Below, in pieces: positions 11,368-23,830 of a stretch of DNA of 64,000 nucleotides. The DNA is from Heterodontus francisci (taxonomy: Eukaryota), in contig NC_090393.1 of assembly GCF_036365525.1 (NCBI RefSeq), positions 12,966,785 through 13,030,784 on the forward strand. The letters run 5' to 3'. How positions within the stretch are numbered: the first letter of the stretch is position 1; each line of letters begins with the position of its first letter. A model generated the notes under the pieces. That model was not told the origin of the DNA, did no database searches, and was given only the letters and a program-made list of their open reading frames with translations. Position numbers and translations under genes: made by a program.

Positions 11368-11752
11368 GGACCCGGGACCCGGTTCAGTTCTGGGTACTGC
11401 CTGTGCGGCGTTTGCAAGTTCTCCCTGTGACAGCGTGGGTTTCCGCCAGGTGCTCCAGTTTCCTCCCACAGCCAAAGACTTGCAGGTTGATAGATAAATT
11501 GGCCATTGTAAGTTGCCCCTAGCTAGCAGAAAGATTCTGGATTGCAACAGAAATCCTGTGAAAGCCAGATGAACTGAAAAGGGTGAAGACATTTTATCAA
11601 GGTGTTGGTAGGAGAATTGAAGGAAGGTGGGGATGTGGTAGGGAATATGGGATCAAATGTAGGATTAGTATAAATGGGTGGTTGTCGGTTGGCACAGACT
11701 CGGTGGGGCGAAGGGCCTGTTTCAGTGCTGTATCTCTCTATGACTCTATGAC
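11368..11752 (+). mobile_element. HE1-like V-SINE, 5' truncated, with ~80-bp foreign insert
   Basis: Collinear with 5381-5728 except for 11523-11603. Confidence 0.85.
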
Positions 11753-11771
11753 CTATTTTTAGTGATATAAA

Positions 11772-12052
11772 CTCTCAGGTGGATGCAAAAGATCCCTCGG
11801 CACTATTTTAAAGTACAGCAGGGGAGTTATCCCCGGCACCATGACCAATATTTATCTCTCAACCGACATTACTGAAACAGATTATCTGGTCATTATCACA
11901 TTGCTGCTGGTGGGAGCTTGCTGTGTGCAAATTGGCAGCCACTTGCCAACATTACAACAATGACAACATTTCAAAAAAGTACTTAATTGGCTGTAAAGCA
12001 CTTTGGGACAAACTGAGGTCATGAAAGGCACTAAATAAATGCAAGTTGTTTC
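11772..12052 (+). mobile_element. Deu-domain SINE (SacSINE1/AmnSINE1-like)
   Basis: GTGGATGCAAAAGATCCC..GCACTATTT..ATTATCTGGTCATTATCACATTGCTG..GGGAGCTTGCTGTG core and L2-like tail AAAGGCACTAAATAAATGCAAG. Confidence 0.8.
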
Positions 12053-12569
12053 TTCTGTTTTACAAAGTCTACCAGTGGGCACGTGCCACTCACCCACCCA
12101 TCCCTAAGACAGGAAGAAACTTATGGTGGGATGTGTTGTGCTCCTGGATTTTATAGAAAGAAGGAGGCAATACTGAACATGGAAACAAGGAAATAAACCT
12201 CTGCTCGCTATTTTCCTAATGAATTGCAAATCTCATCCAGCAAAGGATCTAGTTGAGGTGTCTGGTAATGGGTTTCACAGACTTGAAGAGTTAAGACAGC
12301 GAAGGGTTAAAATTCTACTTAGTGTCATTTCTAGTGCGCATATTCACGGATAAAGGGATAACTCAGTGACTCAGCGCTCTCAGGAGAGAATGCTTAGTAC
12401 ATCTTAGGAAATTGCCAGTACACAGCCTGTGATTTTTAAAATAAAGGATGGCAAATTATGGGCTGTGCGCCTGTGATTTTCTAGGATGCACTCCCCTTGC
12501 ATATCACAGTACCTAGAGCATCGGAAAGGGGTGTGTGTGTGTGCGAGTCTGCATATGCACGTGCATGTG

Positions 12570-13563
12570 TGGAGTACTGCAAGAATCAATGCTGAGGCCA
12601 CAGCTGTTCACAATCTATATCAATGATTTGGATGGGGGGCCCAATTGTAATATTTCCAAATTTTCTGATGACACAAAATTAGGTGGGAGTATAAGTTATG
12701 AGGAAGATGCAAAGAGCCTTCAAGGGGACCTGGACGGGCTCAGTGAATGGGCAAGAACATGGCAGTTGGAATATAATGTGAATAAGTGTGAGGTTATCCA
12801 CTTTGGTAGAAAAAACAGAAAGACAGAATATTTCTTAAATGGTGAGAGTTGGGAAGTGTTGGCGTCCAAAGGGACCTGGGTGTCCTCGCTCATGAGTCAC
12901 TTAAAGCTAGCATGCAGGTGCAGCAATCATTTAGGGATGCAAATGCAATGTTGGTTTTCATTGCAAGGGGATTTGAGTACAAAAGCGAAGATGTCTTGCT
13001 ACAATTGTATAGAGCCTTGGTGAGACCGCACTTGGAGTATTGTGTACAGTTTTGGTCTCCTTATCTAAAGAAGGATATACTTGCCATAGAGGAAGTGCAA
13101 CGGAGGTTCACCAGACTAATCCCTGGGATAGCGGGATTGTCTTATGAGGAAAGACTGAGGAAATTGGGCCTGTATTCTCTAGAGTTTTGAAGATTGAGAG
13201 GTGATCTCATTGAAACTTACAAAATTCTTACAGGTGTGATAGGGTGGGTGTAGATAAGATGTTTCCCCTGGCTGGTGAGTCTAGAACCAGAGGACATAAT
13301 CTCAGAATAAGGGGTAGGCTATTTAAGACTGAGATGAGGAGGAACTTCTTCACTCAGAGGGTGGTGAATCTTTGGAATTCTCTACCCCAGAGGGCCATGA
13401 AAGTTTACTCACTGAGCATGTTCAAGACAGAAATCAATAGATTTCTGGAGACAAATGACATCAAGGCTTAGGGCGATAGCGCAGGAAAGTGGCATTGAGG
13501 TAGAAGATCTAATTGAATGGCGGAGCAGGCTCGACAGGCTGAAAGGCCTACTCCTGTTCCTAT
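12570..13563 (+). mobile_element. CR1/HER1-type LINE, 3' ~1 kb including RT C-terminus
   Basis: [23 protein letters not shown]; LYRALVRPHLEYCVQFWSPY; RNFFTQRVVNLWNSLPQ; frameshifted. Confidence 0.93.
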
Positions 13564-14082
13564 GTGTGCATGCATGCACTATTTGCTGAAACAACTCACA
13601 CATTTGTTATGTTTAAGCCGGGTTGCTGGATATATTGTGTATATATGATTTATCTCCGAGCAATGCAGATATCAAACTTGTATTAAATCACCAACTGGTT
13701 TATTTACAGCACTTTAAAATATCTCAGCACTTAAGATTTCAGTAGAATGCCTTTTCAGGACAGTCAGTGTTTTTCTGTAGAACATTCTAGCTCTGTCTCT
13801 TTTTAGTTTCAGTTTTGAACTCTTAAGCTCCACCTATAGGCTTAAGCAATCGAGCACAACGAAAACAGGTCAGTAGACAGACTAATACAATCAAACCCAG
13901 ATCAATTAAACACTACAACAGACATTTGATAGGAATGTGCCAACCATTGCATTCCCCAAAGGATCAGGAATTCCAACATCATGTAGAATAATACAACAGG
14001 TGCTCTTTCTGACTACATTTGACAAGTACTCACAAATATGTTTGTGAGCAGTCTTTGGAAACAATTCATAAATATCTTCCAG

Positions 14083-14227
14083 ATTTATGAGAATAGTTCC
14101 AGGGATGAGAAACTTCAGTTACATGGATAGATTGGCTAAGCTGAGGTTGTTCTTCTTGGATGGATGGTTGAGAGGAGATTTGATAGAGGTGTCCTAAATA
14201 ATGAGGGGGTCTGGACAGAGTAGATAG
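14083..14227 (+). mobile_element. CR1 fragment, interrupted by the following LTR
   Basis: AGAATAGTTCCAGGGATGAGA..GTTGAGAGGAGATTTGATAGAGG..GGACAGAGTAGATAG. Confidence 0.7.
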
Positions 14228-15163
14228 CGTTATGGTCAAGTGAGGAGGAGTCAAAGGGCTTCTCACTTTTCCTTCTCCTTATTTGACCACTACAAGTTTA
14301 ATTCTTTCTTAAAGTGGATGTACTGGCCAATTCGGCAGATGTTTGATTACTTACTTGCTATGATCATAACAAGAACCAATCGGACAGGTTTTCTTGAGCT
14401 CAACAAAGAAAGAGGTTAACTTTATTGTAACTTTATTATCAACTAATAAAAATAATAACATGCCAACTTTCACTCATGCACACACTCCGATGGTTTACAC
14501 ACACACAAATAGGTTACAGAGTGGAGAAAGGTTGATTGGTTGAGTTAGAGTCCATAGAAAAATGTGGTATACAGTCTGTGGCATTTGGTGATTCGGCTGG
14601 CTTCCAGCTGAATTCGGTGGTCCTGAGGCTTTTACTTTGAAAAGGTAGATGACTGGTTCAGTGGGTCTCTTGGAGACAGCGATGTGGATAACTTCCTCCA
14701 ACGGTGTTTCTGATTGTAGCCCGATTATGCAAATATGGTCAGTCAACAGGCAGGATTTGAAAGCTTTCAAGCTGGAATGGAGAAAGAGAGAGAGGGACCC
14801 CCACTTGGGTCTGCATGTGTCAGAGTCCAGTTACTTCTCCTCTCTCTGCAGCAGAAATACACAAGCTTAAAACCACAGATGGGGAGTGGCTTGTCACATG
14901 GCAGTCACTCGGTGATTCAAACATAGCAGTTAGCAGTATTTCTCTCTTGCTAAAAAAGAACAGGTTGTTCCTTTCAGCTTCCTGGGCCTTGGTTTTTGCT
15001 GGGGGCATGAGCAGAGATTTCATCTCCCTCCTCACAAGCATTTGCAGTGCAGAATACAGTGTTGCAAATTAGGTAGCCATCTTAAGATGCCAGCAAAGTC
15101 ATCCTTTTAGCTGGTCTTTTTAAAAATGTCTTTAAAAAATAAATTCAGATCTCCAGTCAGAGG
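14228..15163 (-). mobile_element. Solo LTR family Y, inverted copy lacking ~40 bp at one end
   Basis: Reverse complement of 22535-23470; left flank ATAG. Confidence 0.8.
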
Positions 15164-15169
15164 CTGAGT

Positions 15170-17350
15170 AAATTGGGCCTATATTCAGAATTCAGAATAT
15201 TTAGAATTCAGCAAAGGAGGACAAAGAGGTTGATTAAGCAGGGGGAAATAGAGTATGAGAGTAAACTTGCGGGGAACATAAAAACTGACTGTAAAAGCTT
15301 CTATAAATATGCGAAGAGAAAAAGATTAGTCAAGACAAATATAGGTCCCTTACAGTCAGGAATTGGGGAAATTATAATGGGGAACAAAGAAATGGCAGAA
15401 CAATTAAACACATACTTTGGTTCTGTCTTCACAAATAACCTCCCAGAAATGTTAGGGAACCAAGGGTCTAATGAGAGGGAGGAACTAAAGGAAATCAGTA
15501 TTAGTAAAAAAAATAGTGCTGGGGAAATCAATGGGGTTAAAGGCTGAAAAATCCCCAGGGTCTGATAATCTACATCCCAGAGTACTAAAGTAAGTGGCCC
15601 TGGAAATAGTGGATGCATTGGCGGTCATCTTCCAAAATTCTATAGACTCTGGAGCAGTTCCTACAGACCGGAGGGTGGCAAATGTAGCCCCACAATGTAA
15701 AAAATGAAGGGAGAGAAAAAAATAGGGAACTACAGACCAGTTAGCCTTACATCAGTAGTGGGCAAAATGCTAGAGTCCGTTATAAACACCTGGAAAGCAT
15801 AAACAGGATTGGACAAAGGCAGCATGGGTTTACGAAAGGGAAATCATGCTTAACAAATCTACTGGAGTTTTCTGAGGATGCAACTAGTAGAATAAATAAG
15901 GGAGAACCAGTGGATGTGGTGTATTTGGATTTTCAGAAGGCTTTTGATAAGGTCTCACATAAGAGGTTAGTGTGCAAAATTAAAGCACATGGGATTGGGG
16001 GGAATATACTGGCATGGATTGAGAATTGGTTGATAGACAGGAAACAGAGTAGGAATAAACGGGTCCCTTTCCAGGTGGCAGGCACTGACTAGTGGGGTAC
16101 CGCAGGGATCAGTGCTTGGGCCCCAGCTATTCACGATATATATTAATGACTTGGGTGAGGGAACTAAATGTGACATTTCCAAATTTGCAGATGACATAAA
16201 GCTGAATGTGAGCTCTGAGGAGGATGTGATTTGGACAAGTTGGGTCGACTAGGCCTATATTCACTAGAGTTTAGAAGAATGAGAGGGAATCTCATAAAGA
16301 TTTATAAAATCCTAACAGTACTAGACAGGCTAGAATCAGGGAGGATGTTCCCTATGGCTGGGAAGTCCAGAATCAGGAGTCACAGTCTCAGGATACCGGG
16401 TATGCCATTTAGAATCGAGACGAGGAGAAATTCCTTCACTCAGAGGGTGGTGAACCTGTGGAATTCTCTACCGCAGAAGGCAGTGGAGGCCAAATCATTA
16501 AATATATTCAAGAAGGAGATAGATATATTTCTTAATGCCAAAGGGATCAAGGGATATGGGGAGAAAGCGGGAACAGGGTACTGAATTAGACAATCAGCTG
16601 TGATCTTTTTTGAATGGCGGAGCAACCCGAGGGGCAGAATGGCCTACTCTTGCTCCTGTTTTCTATGTTTCTATGTTTCAATTCTCTGGAGTCTAGAAGA
16701 ATGAGAGGCGATCTAATTGAGACATACAAGATTCTGAAAGGGCTTGATAGGGTAGAAGCTGAGAGATTGTTCCCACTGGTCAGGGAATCTAGAACACAGG
16801 GACACAGTCTCAAGATAAGGGACCAATCATTTAGGACTGAGATGAGGAGAAATTACTACACTCAAAGGGTTGCGAATCTTTGGAATTCTCTACCCCAGAG
16901 AGTTGTGGATCCTCCATCATTGAATACATTTAAGGCTGGGATAGATAGATTTTTGGTCTCGCAGGGAATCAAAGGATATGGGGAGTGGACAGGAAAGTAA
17001 AATTGAAGCCCAAAATCAGCCATGGTTGTACTGAATGGTGTAGCAGGCTCAATGGGCCGCATGGTCTACTTCTGCTCCTATTTCTTGTGTTCTTGTGACA
17101 TGAGGAAAAACTTTCTTATGCAGCATGTGGTTACAATCTGGAATGCACTGCCTGGAAGTGTGGTGGAGGCAGATTCACTCTTGCCCTTCAAAAGAGAATT
17201 GGATAGGCACCTGAAAGGATAAAATTTGCAAGGCTACGGAGAAAGTGTGGTAGAGGGGGGCTAGCTAAATTGCTCTTGCAGAGAGCTGGCATGGGCTCGA
17301 CAGGCTAAATGGCCTCTTTCTGTACTGTAACCATTCTAAGAGTCTATGAT
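15170..17350 (+). mobile_element. Stack of co-oriented CR1/HER1 LINE fragments
   Basis: 15208-16228 holds the RT region (NYRPVSLTS; DVVYLDFQKAFDKV; [10 protein letters not shown]; KFADD). Three successive 3' ends follow, ending at ~16675, ~17095 and ~17350. Confidence 0.9.
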
Positions 17351-17973
17351 TCCAAGGCATAGCCTGAACCTCCTAGGTTATTTGTAATACAGATGGTGTC
17401 CATCTCCCGCATCATCTCTCTGTGAATCTTATCCCATTGATAACACTAATTCTTACAATTTACACCTACCTTGCATTGTGTGCACTGCATGGTGCAGAAT
17501 AATTGGCACAAACATAACTGAGAGCTCCAGTCAATTAGTTTCAAGGCGAGCACATGATTATTAACAATAGGTCATAGATTTCTGTCACAGAAATCCTTGA
17601 GCATTGTCTTTTTGAGGCCGGGCCTGCTTTTATTGCAATCCTTTTACTTTATTTTGCTAAACATTGGCAGTGCTGTAGCAGCAGTTCAATAAAATCTATG
17701 CACGTTGGTTTAATATTATATGTGAATTGAGAATGCTTTTTTGAAGTGCCTTTCAAACAGTAGAAAAAATGTTTTATGCCCCAAATGGTGGACTGTCAAT
17801 GATCATATATGAATGACACATGAAAATAAGTCATCTTGTCAATGAATTTCAGTTACAATTGTTTTGTGAAGGTTTATTACCATGTTTTAATCCTTTGTCC
17901 AAAAAGTGGTTTAAATGCCCTTTCTCCGTGCATTTTTAGACCATTCTTGCCACAGTTAATTTTGTGCAACATG

Positions 17974-19073
17974 GGGCTGGATTTTAAGGAGCCTTCGACG
18001 TCGGGATTCTTGACGGGGTGGGGGGGGCCTGAAGGTGGCCCTGGATGAGGCCCGCCACGGACCTCGACGACAGCAGGGCCTGGCCCCGATCCTCCCGGCG
18101 GTGGCGGGGCACCGTGATGGCAGCCCCCCCCCCCCACCCCACCCGCCCCCCGCCGCTCGGTGACAGGAACATAATCACCATCTGCAAATAAAGTAAATTA
18201 ATAGATTTGCATGTAATTACCATTAATCTTGGTGTCCCGCTGCTTAAAGGACTGCTACCCGACCCGAACCCGACAGGACCCGGCGACATATGTCGGGATC
18301 GGGTCGGGTTGGGCCACACATCCGGGTCTGGCACTCGGGCTCGGGTCAGGTTGGGCCGAGTCCAGGTCGGGCCGGGTCCGTTTCGGGCCGGCCGCACACG
18401 GTAAGTGCTCTGCTGGTAAGTATTGAAACTAAAAAAACTTACCTGAGCTGGGAGTCCGGGACGAAACTGAGTCTGCTCAGTGAGCGAGTGACGTCACTAT
18501 GATGTCATCACGCATGTGCTGCAGCATCCTGTAGGTTCAGTGTCAGGAAGGTAAGTAAAGGGATTGTCGGGTCGGGTCAAGTCGGGGCGGGCTCGGGTCA
18601 GGTCGGGTTCGGGTCTGCTGTGGATCAGTCAGGTTCGGGTCGGGTTCTTTTTCCCGACCTGAGCAGGCGTTTACCTCTGCGATCTTTGGCCCAGCGGCCG
18701 GCACTCCTGCGTCTTCAGATCCCCGTCCAGGGAAACGAGGCGCAACACTGGTGGGGAGGGGGGAGGAGGTAGGTTTCTCAGTGTGGGGGGGTTGGGGGAC
18801 AGGGTCAAATTAACGTCATGGGTGAAGGGGATGGTGGGAAGGGTTATAGTTTAAAGTTTGTGCATTTTGGGGGGAAAGTTCAGATGATAAAGGTTAAGTG
18901 TTTTGGGGGGGAGGGGCAAATAACTAATTTAATTAATTTAATTGTTATTGGGGGTGTTTTCGAGAGGGAAAAAGCCACCGCACTTGGGATCTTTGTTGTG
19001 CGGCCTACATGGGTGGGCTGTCATTTTTTTTGCCCGCTGCCGAAATCGTCAGCAGGCTTTCAAAATTCAACCC
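17974..19073. mobile_element. GC-rich MITE (PIF/Harbinger-like), subfamily B, with nested hAT-like element
   Basis: TIRs GGGCTGGATTTT / AAAATTCAACCC and flanks ATG/CTG. Internally similar to the copies at 38027 and 49973. Confidence 0.78.
18245..18673. mobile_element. Non-autonomous hAT-like element with CCCGA/TCGGG subterminal repeats
   Basis: TIR TAAAGGACTGCT vs TAAACGCCTGCT (reverse complement). 8-bp flanks CCGCTGCT/CCTCTGCG (6 of 8 match). Dense ACCCGA/TCGGG pentamer repeats near both ends. Confidence 0.72.
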
Positions 19074-19276
19074 CTGGTTTTTGTTAGCGAGAGTGGCAGA
19101 AAACACATCAATCTCAATATTGCTGGAATAATGATTCTTTTAGATTTCTCAAGCATCTAAAGAGTCCCTTAACTAATATGAACGTTTGTATGCCCAGCCG
19201 TGGAATGGGTTGAGAAATGGCTCCCTGTAAAATTTTTGTACGGGCCAGTTCATCATCTGGTCTGTGACACTTTATC

Positions 19277-19403
19277 AGGAAGGTCACTGACCTGAAACGT
19301 TAACTCCGCTTCTCCCTCCACAGGTGCTTCCTGCCCTGCTGAGTATTTCCAGCATTTCTTGTTTTTATTTCAGATTTACAGCATCTGCAGTATTTTGCTT
19401 TTA
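19277..19403 (+). mobile_element. Penelope-type pseudo-LTR fragment (hammerhead 5' core truncated)
   Basis: AAGGTCACTGACCTGAAACGTTAACTC..CTGCTGAGTATTTCCAGCATT..GCATCTGCAGTATTTTGCTTTTAT, homologous to 3125-3260. Confidence 0.78.
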
Positions 19404-19758
19404 TCATCATCGAGTCCACCTGACGGAATATGGGATCTTTTACCCGTATGGCATGGCACCAGAAGGCTGCTGCACAACATCAGAGATCAGGAGATCACAG
19501 CAGCAGCACCAGACAGAAATGGAGGTGAATTTGAACTGTAATAGAAACATTGCTGTGCTCATGCAAAGAAATGTTGGTGAGCGTGCAGCAACAAAAGAAA
19601 CACTAACGTTATGAGCAAATTACATTGTATGCGCCATGATGTTAAACTGAATGCAGTGCGGAAAAAAATCTTCTTGCGCTAAATCACTCTGCTTTTGCAA
19701 CTAGGGGCAACACTTACACATAAGAAGATCCATTCTTCAGCAGAAATCCTCAACTGAA

Positions 19759-20080
19759 TTATTTATTTTATTTAGAGATACAGCACTGAAACAGGCCCTT
19801 CGGCCCACCGAGTCTGTGCTGACCAACAACCACCCATTTATACTAACCCTGCAGTAATCCCATATTCCCTATCACCTACCTACACTGAGAGCAATTTACA
19901 ATGGCCAATTTACCTACCAACCTGCAAGTCTTTGGCTGTGGGAGGAAACCAGAGCACCCGGCGAAAACCCACGCGGTTACAGGGAGAACTTGCAAACTCC
20001 ACACAGGCAGTACCCAGAATCGAACCGGGGTCCCTGGAGTTGTGAGGCTGCAGTGCTAACCACTGCACCACTGTGCCGCC
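19759..20080 (-). mobile_element. HE1-like V-SINE, full length
   Basis: Reverse complement of the 5381 family with a (TAAA)n tail. Approximate TSD CTGA(A)TTAT on both sides. Confidence 0.9.
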
Positions 20081-20394
20081 CTGATTATGATGTAAGGCTT
20101 GAGGAAGTAATAGGGAGAGAGGTTCTCCAAGACAGTGGTCTGAAGGAGATTAAACAGGTGCCTATAAGGGCTGTTAAGTATTAAGAGTGGAACTTCCATT
20201 ATCCAGCATAATCAATGCACAGTCAAGAGTCCCCAAATATTGCCCTTTTATGCATGGTGTGAAGCAAGTGAATGGCAAGTATATCACAAACAATATCAAT
20301 TGAAATGAATCCTTCTTGGACGTTGAATTGATTTATATCAGAAGGGATGCATTTGTATTGGGTTGTGCCTCTTAATCACAAACTTACATTGCTT

Positions 20395-20730
20395 TTTTTG
20401 TTATCCATTCCTGAGATATGAGCGTCACTGACAAGGCCAGCATTTACTGCCCATCCCGAATCATCGCTGAGAAGGTGATGGTGAGCTGCCTTCTTGAACT
20501 GCTGCAGTCCCACAGTGCTGATAGGGAGGAGGTTCCAGGATTTTGACCCAGCGACAGTGAAGGAACGGCGATATAGTTCCAAGTCAGGATGGAGTGTGAG
20601 GGGAATTTGCAGGTGGTGGTGTTCCCCTACATCTGCTGTCCTTGTCGTCCTAGGTGGTAGAGGTCGTGGGTTTGTAAGGTGCTGTCGAAGGAGCCTTGGC
20701 GAGTTGCTGTAGTGCATCTTGTAGATGGTT
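20395..20730 (-). mobile_element. 3' end of a second LINE family (CR1/L2 group)
   Basis: SFTVAGSKSWNLLP..LQQFKKAAHHHLL with an A-rich end. Tail shared with the SINEs at 22445 and 43095. Confidence 0.65.
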
Positions 20731-21049
20731 ATATAGACGTTATAGAGTATGACCAGCTGATTTTGACCAAATGTCAGGTTGAAAGTCATTCCTTCCACTG
20801 TCTTCTGTTCACTGACGGGAGCTGAGCCTGATTGACAGTGGGGATGGGGTAGGGGAAGGGATGCTTGCCCTGATTATGTTAGAAGCTTGCAACTTAACTT
20901 TGAGCTTAGCTATGCTGCACCTAATTTCCCTTGATCTCACATTCCTACTCATCCCTTTGCTATATGAAAAAAAGATCACGGTCCATCTGATTCACCTTCT
21001 ACCATCCTGCTAGTCCCATCATACAACAAAATTGGAGTTGTTGACTAAA

Positions 21050-21205
21050 CTCGTTGCTCTTTTGTGGGATCTTGCTGTGCAGATATTGTCTGCCGCAGTT
21101 CGCTACACTGCAACAGTGACTACACTTCAAAAGTACTTAATTGGCTGTAAAACTTATTTGGGCTGCCACAGAAGCGGTTATATAAATGCAAGTTTATTTT
21201 TTCTT
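21050..21205 (+). mobile_element. Deu-domain SINE 3' fragment
   Basis: TTTGTGGGATCTTGCTGTG..CAACAGTGACTACACTTCAAAAGTACTTAATTGGCTGTAAA. Confidence 0.75.
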
Positions 21206-21365
21206 TCATATCACTCTCCCTTCTGTTTATCCAGCTCTGATTTCATGCTTCCCTCCCAATATCACCATGCCCTCATTCCCCCTTTTATAATTTAATCATT
21301 GCCAGCTACCACTCTGAACTGCCCATAATACTGTTGAATGCTTCGTTGCACACAATACTTCAATA

Positions 21366-22440
21366 GATGATACCAGAAATGAGAGTTTATATCTATCAGG
21401 AAAGATTGAACAGGCTGGGGCTGTTTACTCCAGAAAAGAGAAGGCTGAGGAGTGACCTGATGAAGGTTTATAAGATTATGAAAGGCTTACATAGGGTAGA
21501 TGTATGGGCTGGATCTTGTTCTCCTCCTGACGTCAAGTTACGTGGCGGTGGGGGATGCGGGGGGGAGGGGGGTGGCGGAGTCAGATAATCAGAGCGGCAG
21601 TGGCCCGCCACGGAACCTGATGCCAGGATTGCCGGGCCCGGTCTTCCCAGTGGCGGGGAAGCTCTGTGGCAGCCCCTCCGCCGCTCAGTAACAGGACCCG
21701 GGTTTGCATGTTTAAATAACATCTTTGCATTAATTAAAATGTAATCCACAGTGATCTAACCTTCAGTTCCCGATTTTCAGCACAATGTGTGGCACTCACG
21801 CGCCTTCACTTTCCTGTCCAGGGAAAGCTGGCGCCACTAAAGTGGGGAAGGGGTCAACACTCCATTATGCATTGTATTGGGGGGGGGGGGTTGGTGGTAA
21901 GGGGTCAACTCTTCATTCTGTTGTGTATGGTGGGGGGGAGGGGACAACTCTGTGTTATGGTGTGCTGTTTGAAGGGGGCTGGCAGCCTTTTAAAAATGGC
22001 GTCAGCACCTGCTCCTTCAACAGGTGACACTGTGAATGGCGTTGCCAAGGCTGCACCCACCACGTGATTGGGGGGCGGCCGCCATGCATATGCAAAGTGC
22101 TCGCCGGATGCAAGATTGCGGCGGTGAGGGGCCCGTGTGCGGTGGCCACCATTTTCTGCTCCTGGCGGCGAGAGATCAAAATCCAGCTGTTTCCGTTTGT
22201 GGTGGAGACCAAAACCAGGGGCCATAAATATAGTTACTAATAAATTGAGCGGGGAATTCAAGAGAAACCTCTTTACCCAAAGAGTGATTAGAGTGTGGAA
22301 CTCGCTACCACATTGAGTGACTGAGGCAAATAGCATAGACTCATTTAAGGGGAAGCCAGATAAACATATGGAAGAGAAAGGAATAGAAGGATAATGTTAA
22401 TAGGGTTAGATGAAGAGGCTCATGTGAAGCACAAACACCA
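21366..22440 (+). mobile_element. CR1 3' fragment split by a MITE
   Basis: YQERLNRLGLFTPEKRRLRSDL before 21505; continues at 22190 (TTTCCGTTTGTGGTGGAGACC..AAACCTCTTTACCCAAAGAGTG). Confidence 0.82.
21506..22189. mobile_element. GC-rich MITE (PIF/Harbinger-like), subfamily B
   Basis: GGGCTGGATCTT ... AAAATCCAGCTG termini; interrupts a CR1 fragment. Confidence 0.75.
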
Positions 22441-22444
22441 ACTT

Positions 22445-23830
22445 TCTTTTATTCATTCATGGGATGTGGGTGTGGCCAGTATTTATTGCTTATTGTCAGG
22501 CCAACTTGCTTTGTTGAATGATAATTTTCTTTAATCCACTGACTGAAGATCTGAATTTATATTTTTTGAAGAAATTTGAGACAGCAGATGAAGGGTTACT
22601 TAGCTTTCAGCTTAGGATGGCCATCTAATTTGCAGCACTGTATCCTACATTGCAAGGCCTGTAAGGAGGGAGATGAAATGTCTGCTCATTCCCCAGCAAA
22701 AACCAAGACCCTGGAAGTTTAAGGGAACAGTTTGTTCTCTTTCTTTTCGCAAGAAGGAATACTGCTAACTGCTATGCTTGATTGACTGAGTGACATGTGA
22801 CAAGCCCCTCTCCATCTGTGGTTTTAAGCTTGTGTTTATCTACAACAGCAAGGAGACGCTTCTGGACTCTGACATGTGCAGACACAAAGTGGAGGTCACT
22901 CGCTCTCTCTCCATTTCAGCCTACATGCTTCAAACTCTGCCTGTTGACTGACCACCATTGCATACTCTGGCTACAATCAGAAACCCCATTGGAGGATATC
23001 ATCCACATCACTGTTCACCAAGAGGCCCACTGAACCAGTCATCTACCTCTTCAAACTAAAAGGCACAGGACCACCGAATTCAGCTAGAAGCCAGCCAAAT
23101 CACCAAACGCCACAGACAGTATACCTTTTTTTTCTATGGACTCTAATTCAACCAATGAACCTTTCCCCACTCTGTAACCTATTTGTGTGTGTGTAAACCT
23201 CCAGAGTGTGTGTGTGTGTGTGAGTGAAAGTTGGCGCATAGTTTATTATTTTTATTAGCTCAGTTTAGGTACAATAAAGTTAATCTTTTTCTTTGTTAGC
23301 TCAAGAAAACCTGTCTGATTGGTTCTTGTTATGATCATAGAAAGTAAGTAATCAAACACCCATTGAATTGGCCAGTACATCCACTTTAAGAAAGAATTAA
23401 ACCTGTTGTGGTCAAACAAGGAGAAGCAAAAGAGGGAAGCCCTTTGACCCCTCCTCACTTGACTGTAACACTATCACTAATTGCTCTAAAGAAGGTGGTG
23501 ACGAGCCACCTTCTTGAATACAACTGAGTGGCATGCTGGCCATTTCAGAGGGTAATTAAGGGCCTACCACATTGTTGTGGATCTGGTGCCACATATAGGC
23601 CAGACCGGGTAAGGCTGGCAGATTTCCTTTCCTAAAGGACATTAGTGAATCACATGAGTTTTTACGACAATCTGCAAGTTTCAAGGTCACCATAACTGAG
23701 ACTAGCTTTTTATTCTGGATTTATTTAATTAACTGAATTTAAATTCACCAGTTGCTGTGATAGAATTCGAATTCATGCCTCCAGATTATTGTAGTCCAGG
23801 CGTCTGGATTGCTAGTCCAGTAACATAACC
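22445..23830 (-). mobile_element. tRNA-headed SINE with LINE-derived tail, split by solo LTR Y
   Basis: Homologous to 43095-43465; tRNA-like head at ~23750-23830 on the minus strand. Confidence 0.65.
22494..23470 (+). mobile_element. Solo LTR family Y (~980 bp)
   Basis: TGTCAG...GTAACA termini, 4-bp TSD TTAT/CTAT, AATAAA at ~23272 and a (TG)n tract; second copy at 14228. Confidence 0.85.

Noticed and set aside
12535-13471. RT-like ORFs as possible intact genes
   Set aside because: 5'-truncated, frameshifted CR1 remnants; no intact transposon ORF was found anywhere in the window.
13605-14000. Possible solo LTR starting TGTTATG with several CAACA candidate ends
   Set aside because: No matching TSD for any candidate end and no second copy in the window.
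18255-18660. Short repeated units resembling a CRISPR array or satellite
   Set aside because: Irregular pentamers with no constant repeat-spacer period, bounded by TIRs, in a eukaryotic context.
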